Source: Candidatus Binatia bacterium (GTDB lineage: Bacteria > Desulfobacterota > Binatia > UBA9968). From it: a stretch of DNA of 64,000 bases. The notes beneath the pieces were generated by a model that was not told the origin of the DNA, made no database searches, and saw only the letters and a program-made list of their open reading frames with translations. This document shows, piece by piece, positions 57,423-64,000 of the stretch; the stretch's first letter is position 1, and each line of letters starts with the position of its first letter. Location: positions 7,637 to 71,636 of the forward strand of contig DASYRN010000045.1 of assembly GCA_036004365.1 (NCBI GenBank). Direction: 5' to 3'. A program made the translations under genes and the position numbers.

Positions 57423-57665
57423 TTGCGTATGACCATGAGCTTGCGCATCCGCTTTAACGAAAACAAGCTCAAACAGAGCCTGTATCAAACGGAAGATGAC
57501 TTTGTCCCTGAGGTTAGCGGCGCGGGCTGGCCGAAGAATACTTGGTTCCAAGAACGTTTACGCCATGTCAGAGAACAGCAACGAAAGAAAATGGGAGAAC
57601 CTGATTTTGTGTATGAATGCCCGTTGGGCACCATTACACTTCGGCACTCGAATGGCGGGGATTAA
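57423..57665 (+). CDS. Small hypothetical protein
   Basis: 80 aa ORF, no RBS seen, no domain. Confidence 0.25.
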   Translation: MRMTMSLRIRFNENKLKQSLYQTEDDFVPEVSGAGWPKNTWFQERLRHVREQQRKKMGEPDFVYECPLGTITLRHSNGGD

Positions 57666-57697
57666 GAAAGGGGAATAGTATGGCCGATGTCCCGGCT

Positions 57698-58636
57698 TTA
57701 GACCATGGGGAGCACTTCCTGTGCCAACCAGTCCAATCGTTTTAAAGTCTCTGCCGGACCAGGACTCCGGACATCGAAAATAAGGCAATTCACTCCAGCC
57801 TTTTGATAGTCTCTCACGTCGGATGCGACCTGCCCCGCGCTGCCGATGAATCTTCTTCGTCGCCCCGCCTGAGCTTCGACTTCCCGATCAAACAACGAGG
57901 CTTTGAAAGCTACGCGGATTTCGCTCGGATTCCTGCCTGCCGCTTGAGCGTACTCAGCGAGTGTTTCCAACTTTCTTTCAAGATCTGCCGGTTCCAGAGG
58001 TACGGTCGGCACGCCTCCTATGGGATGCCATCCATCCCCTAACTCAGCGGCGCGGCGCAGAGCCCGGTTGCTATGCCCTCCGATCCAAATCGGAATGTGA
58101 GGCTTTTGCGCTGGCTTCGGTAGAAATGCCAAGTCGGAAAACTTGCAATAAGTGCCCTTAAAGGTGGGATTCTCCTTTGTCCAGAGCTCCTTAAAAGCTT
58201 TAATGTATTCGTCCGTAACACGGCCACGATCCTCAAACGGAGGAGCTCCAACAAGCAGGAATTCTTCTTTCATCCATCCGACTCCCAATCCCAGAATCAC
58301 TCGGCCGCCTGAAAGGAAGTCCAGGGTTGAAAGCATCTTGGCGACAACGACAGGAGGGCGATAAGGGGCAATCATGACGCTGGCGACGAAGGAGATGCGC
58401 TGAGTGGCGCTGGCAAGAAACGCCATGACCGTCATTTGATCGAGATGATGACCTTTTCCGGGATACTTCTTGTCTACAGTATAAGGATAAGGGGAAGCGA
58501 TGTTTCTCGGGATGACGATGTGATCAGCGACGGTTACACAGAAAAAATCCAATTCCTCCGCGCGCTTAACGAAATGGATCAGATCTTCGGGTTTTACTCG
58601 GGGGTCGGACACAGCTAGGTGAAGCCCATAGTCCAT
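57698..58636 (-). CDS. LLM-class F420-dependent oxidoreductase (luciferase-like monooxygenase family)
   Basis: 312 aa; LLM signature (…VTVADHIVIP…, ILGLGVGW). Confidence 0.85.
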   Translation of the reverse strand: MDYGLHLAVSDPRVKPEDLIHFVKRAEELDFFCVTVADHIVIPRNIASPYPYTVDKKYPGKGHHLDQMTVMAFLASATQRISFVASVMIAPYRPPVVVAKMLSTLDFLSGGRVILGLGVGWMKEEFLLVGAPPFEDRGRVTDEYIKAFKELWTKENPTFKGTYCKFSDLAFLPKPAQKPHIPIWIGGHSNRALRRAAELGDGWHPIGGVPTVPLEPADLERKLETLAEYAQAAGRNPSEIRVAFKASLFDREVEAQAGRRRRFIGSAGQVASDVRDYQKAGVNCLIFDVRSPGPAETLKRLDWLAQEVLPMV

Positions 58637-58893
58637 CAGAAGCCTGAACCCATCTTTTCCGCAGATCGGTTGGCGGAAGAAGAGAACGTTTTCTTAGTTT
58701 CGCTATTGTCAAAACATGAAAGCTTGGACATGCATATTCCAATCATGCTCCGCGTTGTTGAGAAGCAGATCGAGGAATCCATTCTTCCACGCCCGCCACA
58801 GCTCGGAAGGACAGAGCCGTTAGGGACTATGCCACAGTGCGAAAGCTTTATGTGCGGGGAGAAGCCCAGTTGGAGAGACGCGTTCGCAAGTAC

Positions 58894-59349
58894 TTAAATG
58901 ATTCTGGCACGTCCTTTATCCCGCTGTTTGTACATGCGGACGCTGAGATCGTAGAGACCCGAGGCGCGGAGCTCTTCCTTTTTGCGCTCACGCATGCCCG
59001 TTTGGTACTCGACGCTAAGCAACGATATAGCGCCGGAGGGGACTTGCCTGGAGAGCCTTACGAACCGACCCTCTTTGCGATCGATATACTGACCGATTGC
59101 GCGCAGGGCTTGGGACAGCGTCGACAAATCAGGCGTTCTGGATGGGTCGCTCCGTTTGGCCCGGCCTTGGCGCTCCAGACGCCCTATATCTTCCGGGGTA
59201 TACCGCAGCTCGAGCGGTTCTGGCGATGCCGCAGTCTGAACGAGATAGTCTTTGCCTTCGCTCTTGATGTCGAAGTACTTTAGATTAAGCTCCTCCAGAT
59301 CCTGGCCGATAGCGCGGAGGACTTGAGCGTACCGAGGACTCTCAATCAC
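58894..59349 (-). CDS. Hypothetical protein with an internal duplication
   Basis: VLRAIGQDLEEL... and ALRAIGQYIDRKEG... repeat units; no recognisable domain. Confidence 0.35.
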   Translation of the reverse strand: MIESPRYAQVLRAIGQDLEELNLKYFDIKSEGKDYLVQTAASPEPLELRYTPEDIGRLERQGRAKRSDPSRTPDLSTLSQALRAIGQYIDRKEGRFVRLSRQVPSGAISLLSVEYQTGMRERKKEELRASGLYDLSVRMYKQRDKGRARII

Positions 59350-59545
59350 AGCAATTTACTCCTATCTCTCCCGCGATAGCACGTCAATAGGGTAAACAGC
59401 CGCGTGGTTTGGTACTCTGAACTAGGCAGCCGGTTCATATGAGTCGCCAGGGCAATAGTCGATGAGGTTCCGCCCGAGTCAATGTTTCTTCTAACTATCT
59501 AGCGTTGTCAGTCTCTTCTGTTATGATTTAATAAAAGAAGGAGTC

Positions 59546-59710
59546 ATGGCAACTGAAAAGCAAAGACGAGCAGCAGGAAAAAACATCAAAAGAGCTGCCC
59601 GGGCAATAAAGCGAAAACAGACTCTTAAGAAACTCCCGAAAAAGACCCGCGTTGCTCTTGGTAAACAAGCAGCGAAGGTCGCCAGGGCGCGCCGACGACG
59701 GGCCCGCTAA
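59546..59710 (+). CDS. 54-aa highly basic Lys/Arg/Ala-rich small protein, not in the ORF track
   Basis: AAGGAG RBS 2 nt... then ATG (aaaagaaggagtcATG); hand translation MATEKQRRAAGKNIKRAARAIKRKQTLKKLPKKTRVALGKQAAKVARARRRRAR. Confidence 0.45.
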   Translation: MATEKQRRAAGKNIKRAARAIKRKQTLKKLPKKTRVALGKQAAKVARARRRRAR

Positions 59711-59732
59711 AGGGTTTTTCTTCCATGCCCGA

Positions 59733-60419
59733 TCATTCTCGCATGAACGCTTGGAGGAGGAAGTGCGTCGGCAAGTAGACACAGACCGGAACGAAGGCTA
59801 ACAACAACGCCAAGTAAAGTCTCGGAGCGATCTTCTGTTGCGGCTGACCACCCAGGCCGAACACCCAATTGATATTCTCGGAAGGTTCGGTGAAGAAAAA
59901 GCAGACGAGCGAAACCGCCCAAAAGAAAATCGTCTGCGCGATCCAGGCACGCCGGTCGTATCCGAGGCGGTAGACGAGCCAAACGAGAAAGAACGGAAGC
60001 ACAAGATGAAATAGGGATAGCCCCCGCAGAAACAGCGGCTTGTCCGACTCGAACATGTACTCGGCAATTCCAATGAAACGGATACCGGTCGTCAACCGTG
60101 CCAAGAAGTCGACAATCCATACCAGCTCCAGTAAGGAGACCGAAATCGCCTGCATGCTGGCCAGCAGTCGGTTTTCCAGCCACAGCGCCAGCAGTCCGAG
60201 GAGCAGTGCCAGGTCGGAAAACCATAGGAAATTGGCGGGACCGTAGTGGCGCCAGTACGTTGGAATCAGAACACAGACAAAAACTGTGTAGAGAAGTTTC
60301 ACCGGGAGGGAAATCCCTCGGCTCGAAAGAAGCCATTGAACGGTTTCCCGCCAATCAACCATTGCGGTTATTCCATGCCGATTCGGGCGAAAGGTCGCCG
60401 GAAAACCGACACCGAACAC
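59733..60419 (-). CDS. Polytopic membrane protein of unknown function
   Basis: About 6 TM helices; the true start may be an internal Met (MVDW... at 60362). Confidence 0.5.
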   Translation of the reverse strand: MFGVGFPATFRPNRHGITAMVDWRETVQWLLSSRGISLPVKLLYTVFVCVLIPTYWRHYGPANFLWFSDLALLLGLLALWLENRLLASMQAISVSLLELVWIVDFLARLTTGIRFIGIAEYMFESDKPLFLRGLSLFHLVLPFFLVWLVYRLGYDRRAWIAQTIFFWAVSLVCFFFTEPSENINWVFGLGGQPQQKIAPRLYLALLLAFVPVCVYLPTHFLLQAFMRE

Positions 60420-60423
60420 TTGC

Positions 60424-61914
60424 TCAGGAAAAGCTCGGCAACTTAAGAATTCTTCCTCGCTCTATTTCTTCATTCAAACCGACCTGATTCAAGATAGCCA
60501 AGTCTTCGGCGGTCATGTCGCGAGGTAAGTCGCGGGGAATTAACGCCTTGAAGGGCGCCGAGCGGGTCACGGGCTGTAAACGAATCCGGACCGGCTGCCG
60601 ATTTAGGATCTCACGATTGTCGATCTCTCCGAATCCGCGCATCGGTTGCAGAAATAGGTTTCTGAAACGATCAAACGCCTGCGGCGCAGTGTAAGCGACG
60701 AACTGGTAGACGCCCCCCCGATACTCTATGAAGTAAGTAAGCAGTCTCACGATCTGCCCGTTCTGAGTTTGAGCGTCTGCGACGGCTGCAAAAGCCGGCA
60801 ACCCGTCGGAGCGGGCCGGGCCGCTCTCAAGAACCCTCAAGCCCGGCTGAGATAGGAATTTCGAAGCCACCGCCCGCGCGGATTTCTCTCCGCTGCCGGT
60901 AAATCCAATCATGGCGCGCTGCTGATTGTCTACCATAATGACCTGCGTGGGCTGGTTGACGACTCTGAAACCTTGGGGCACGGGGAAGCGGAAGCGCAGC
61001 TCTGGGTGATAGAAAACGCTCCGCTCGACAAAGCCTTGCCGCGGATCTTCACCCAGTATGATCCCGTCGATCGCTTTATAGTAGGCTCCGCGATCCGCTT
61101 CTCTGACAGCTGTTTTTGCGCGCCAACCGGCCGCCAGCTCTTTAACGCGCGTCAGTCGGTCGCCGGGGTCAGGATGCGTCGAAAGGAAGTTGGGTAACCC
61201 TTGCCCTTCTTTCTCGGTTATTCGCGAAAGCGCACGAAAGAAGCCCACCACGTCCTCCGCCTGATAGCCGGCCAGCGAACTGTATTCGACACTGAGTCGA
61301 TCAGCATCCAATTCATCTTCACGGCTATAGCGCAGGAAGATCATTTGCGCTGCCATGCTGCCAAGGTTCAGCATCTGTTCCGCAGGCAGCCCCAGGACTT
61401 GCTGGCCGAGAATCGCACCGCCGAGAAGGAGACCTTGACCCAGCTGTTGCTGCCAGGCGCGTCGCGCTGCGTGGCGCGCGGCAATGTGGCCGATCTCGTG
61501 ACCTAACACGGCCGCGAGTTGGTCCTCGCTGTTTAAGTGAGCGAGCAATCCTCGAGTGACGTAGATATAGCCTCCCGGAAGAGCCATGGCATTGACGGTC
61601 GGACTATCGAGTACGCGGAACGTGATCGGTGTATTGCGAATTTCCTGATCCATTTCAGGACGTCGAAGATGGCTTTTTGCCAGTACCCGCTGTCCTACCT
61701 CCTGCACGTACCGTTCCAGTTTTGGATCCTCGTAAATACCAAAGAGTGTCGCAATCTCTTTGTTGGCCTGCTTACCTATCTCAAGCTCCTTTTCCCAGCT
61801 AAAGCCGACAAAGCGTTTCTCTCCTGTCGCCGGGATGATCCCCCTCGTGCAAGCCCAGGCTAGCGCCGCGCTTAAAGGCACGATGAAGAGCCACGCTTTG
61901 AAACGTGACCGCAT
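60424..61914 (-). CDS. M48-family zinc metallopeptidase (BepA/YcaL-like) with C-terminal LysM-like domain
   Basis: Signal peptide; HEIGHIAARH (HExxH) plus downstream EDELDAD; C-terminal MTAEDLAILNQVGLNEEIERGRILKLP LysM-like segment. Confidence 0.85.
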   Translation of the reverse strand: MRSRFKAWLFIVPLSAALAWACTRGIIPATGEKRFVGFSWEKELEIGKQANKEIATLFGIYEDPKLERYVQEVGQRVLAKSHLRRPEMDQEIRNTPITFRVLDSPTVNAMALPGGYIYVTRGLLAHLNSEDQLAAVLGHEIGHIAARHAARRAWQQQLGQGLLLGGAILGQQVLGLPAEQMLNLGSMAAQMIFLRYSREDELDADRLSVEYSSLAGYQAEDVVGFFRALSRITEKEGQGLPNFLSTHPDPGDRLTRVKELAAGWRAKTAVREADRGAYYKAIDGIILGEDPRQGFVERSVFYHPELRFRFPVPQGFRVVNQPTQVIMVDNQQRAMIGFTGSGEKSARAVASKFLSQPGLRVLESGPARSDGLPAFAAVADAQTQNGQIVRLLTYFIEYRGGVYQFVAYTAPQAFDRFRNLFLQPMRGFGEIDNREILNRQPVRIRLQPVTRSAPFKALIPRDLPRDMTAEDLAILNQVGLNEEIERGRILKLPSFS

Positions 61915-61939
61915 TACCCCTCCGATCGACAGCCAGAAA

Positions 61940-62677
61940 CTATTTTTCTCGCCATACTCTCAGCCCATCCAGCCTTGTTTCCGCATGTCCCAGGCCGCCT
62001 GTATAGTTGGCGTAGACCCCGATATAGCCTGAGCCGATGCGTTCGAGCCGGAAGGGACCCCCAGGGAGCAGGATAGAGTCCCAGTAAACTTCCGCTTCGT
62101 CATTCTTGACTTCAATAGCCACACGGTGCCAACCGCTCTGCGCCGGTCGGCCCCCGGGTAGCTCAGCAGACTTCCACTGGACCAGGTGGATCGGGAAATT
62201 ATTCGAGTCTTTACCTACGTAGGCGAGGCTTAAGAAAGAATCTTTGGCAAAATGGGTCGCCAGTCGATAGAATCGGTTAGCCGCCGGCTCGACTCTGAAC
62301 GCGATGCCGTTAAGTGGCCCTTTCTCTTCGTTGACGAGCTGGACGTAGAGCCACGCTTCCAGATAGAAATCAGAAATCGCCCGGGTGTTTGCATAGGAGA
62401 GGGCGGCGAACCCGCCGACGCTCTTATTGTCCAAAACGCCGACTCCAGGGTCACCTTCGGGTGACGTGGGATCGATGGCCCCTCTAAGATTGTCGTGATT
62501 GAAGTGAGGATGCGGAACCCATTCGAGCTGGGGCTTTCCCCCTGTAAAACTGTCACTGATTAGCAGTTCACCGGCTCGCTCCATGGCGATAACATGAGAG
62601 GTCGGCGGGAAATTCAAAGCCGCGAGAAGCGGTAAGCCGATTGAAGCAAGTCGCCACACTGAGATCAAGGCTCCCAC
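61940..62677 (-). CDS. Secreted hypothetical protein, possibly a concanavalin-like beta-sandwich
   Basis: Signal peptide; beta-rich; no catalytic motif recognised. Confidence 0.45.
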   Translation of the reverse strand: MGALISVWRLASIGLPLLAALNFPPTSHVIAMERAGELLISDSFTGGKPQLEWVPHPHFNHDNLRGAIDPTSPEGDPGVGVLDNKSVGGFAALSYANTRAISDFYLEAWLYVQLVNEEKGPLNGIAFRVEPAANRFYRLATHFAKDSFLSLAYVGKDSNNFPIHLVQWKSAELPGGRPAQSGWHRVAIEVKNDEAEVYWDSILLPGGPFRLERIGSGYIGVYANYTGGLGHAETRLDGLRVWREK

Positions 62678-62725
62678 TCCGAAAGTCGAAAAGCAAAACT
62701 ATTTGCCGAGACTAGGAAAGTCTTA

Positions 62726-63103
62726 CTAGGATTTCTCTTGCTCCTCTTGAATTAACTTAAGGGTTTTCTTACGTAGTTCAACATCATCCTTCACGCTATT
62801 GAATATCCTGACATAAGCTTCACGGGTGAGCCCTTGATCTTCGACAGCCTTTTCCATTTTCACTGTCGCTTCCCGCTGAATATTCTGCAGTTGTTCCGGG
62901 TCCCGGGCGTTTCGCAGAGAGGGTTCATAGGCTAATCTTATTTTGTCGACTTCTACGTACGCCTTAGCAAACGCTTTGAGATCCTGGTCACTAACATTAG
63001 CCTTCTCCTGTAGCTCTTGCGCTAGGATTAGGGAACTGAATCCTAGTCCAATCAGGCTGACAGCCAGGGATAGCATGAAAGTATTTCTCAATGATTTTTG
63101 CAT
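62726..63103 (-). CDS. DUF4168-like periplasmic protein
   Basis: GGAGG RBS before MQKSLRN...; signal peptide; two SDQDLKAFAKAYVEV / TREAYVRIFNSV repeat-like segments typical of DUF4168. Confidence 0.5.
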   Translation of the reverse strand: MQKSLRNTFMLSLAVSLIGLGFSSLILAQELQEKANVSDQDLKAFAKAYVEVDKIRLAYEPSLRNARDPEQLQNIQREATVKMEKAVEDQGLTREAYVRIFNSVKDDVELRKKTLKLIQEEQEKS

Positions 63104-63204
63104 TCTATAACCTCCTCTTGTATGCAGCGGTTGGAACCCATTTGAAGCCAACTGCGCGGCCTTGAATTTTATTTCTCTGTGAGGCGATCTCGTCTTGTTC
63201 GATG

Positions 63205-63639
63205 TTACTCGGAGTCGCCCGGCTGGACGTCCAGAATCTTAACGTCGAATGTCAAGGTTTTCCCCGCTAGAGGATGATTGAGGTCCAAAACTACGCTCTC
63301 CTCTTTGATCTCATGGACACGAAAAGCAACGTCTTCTCCGTGCGGACCGCGAACACGAAGCATGGTCCCGGTTTTCAAACCTTCAGCGGGAATATGCTTT
63401 CTGGGTACTTCCTTGAAACCTTCAGGATCCACAGGCCCGTACGCGTCTTTCGGCCCGAGGCGAATATTCTTCTTCTCGCTTATCCCCATTACCGAAAGCG
63501 CCTTCTCTAAGGCGGGGATAATTTCCTCTTCGCCGTGAGTATAAGTTACGGGCGCCTCTCCTTTGTTCGATTCAATGACTGCGCCGCTTTCATCGGATAG
63601 AGTATACTCGAAACTCACGACAGAGTCCTTTTTGATCAT
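63205..63639 (-). CDS. slyD: FKBP-type peptidyl-prolyl cis-trans isomerase (SlyD/FkpB-like)
   Basis: MIKKDSVVSFEYTLSDESGAVIESNKGEAPVTYTHGEEEIIPALEKAL matches the FKBP domain; AGGAG RBS. Confidence 0.85.
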   Translation of the reverse strand: MIKKDSVVSFEYTLSDESGAVIESNKGEAPVTYTHGEEEIIPALEKALSVMGISEKKNIRLGPKDAYGPVDPEGFKEVPRKHIPAEGLKTGTMLRVRGPHGEDVAFRVHEIKEESVVLDLNHPLAGKTLTFDVKILDVQPGDSE

Positions 63640-64000
63640 GTGTTTCTCCTTGGATATTTGCTCAGTGAGCCAATCTGTGGATTGATGAGGACGGCCGTAA
63701 ACAGTTTGGGGGTAGTACTATCTAATCCTCGCTTGAGAAACTTGCTTAAAATTGCGACGCAAATTTAATACCATCCCGTACGTCATTGATTTCATTGGAT
63801 ACCAATGTTTCTGAGTTGGATCTCTGACTGCAATTCCCTACATTTGTTGTTCGGCTTCGACGTTGATCTACTTCCATCTTTCTAGAACGTCACAGTTGAT
63901 CGCCAAACTATCGTGTGATAGTTCGATATCGGCTGTAAATTCCTGGAAGGACCATGAAAAGATTCTCTTTGTCAGAATAATGATCATTGAACGGAGTGTC

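Overview
High-GC (~58-60%) bacterial chromosomal segment, probably from an uncultivated soil or sediment lineage. That guess rests on two F420/LLM-type oxidoreductases, a TctC/Bug-type binding protein and a non-TAT reductive-dehalogenase-like cluster, and is low-confidence. The first ~19 kb is a conserved housekeeping block on the + strand: cpoB (5' truncated by the window edge), ribF, rluD, rho, rpsB, tsf, pyrH, frr, uppS, cdsA, dxr, rseP, tsaB, a DUF465 gene, ilvB, ilvH, then a PQQ-type sugar dehydrogenase, an EcsC-like protein, a gamma-glutamylcyclotransferase and an FMN-dependent hydroxy-acid dehydrogenase. From ~19 kb onward the window looks accessory: many small hypothetical genes, lipoproteins, AT-richer patches, gene remnants and several families of short intergenic repeats. 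Notable gene sets are pssA; pqiAB; an RRM RNA-binding protein; an S1/P1 nuclease; a zinc-ribbon/NERD/BON membrane protein; a four-gene minus-strand operon pairing a polynucleotide-kinase-like P-loop kinase with a dual-specificity Cys phosphatase and two small unknown proteins; yciI and pdaD; HU; two paralogous small-ORF loci, one of them frameshifted; a cluster of a cobalamin/Fe-S reductive-dehalogenase-like gene, a truncated paralog, two DUF336/GlcG proteins (one fused to a 7Fe-type ferredoxin) and an MmgE/PrpD gene; four orphan solute-binding proteins of three families; dinB; a second LLM oxidoreductase; an M48/LysM peptidase; and an FKBP-type PPIase. No rRNA, tRNA or CRISPR array was found. 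Repeated non-coding elements are a 14-16 bp palindrome centred on TTGAGAATTCTCAA (4 good copies plus degenerate ones), purine-rich GGATGA-type repeats and CGTGATCGTGAA-type repeats, usually placed just after stop codons.
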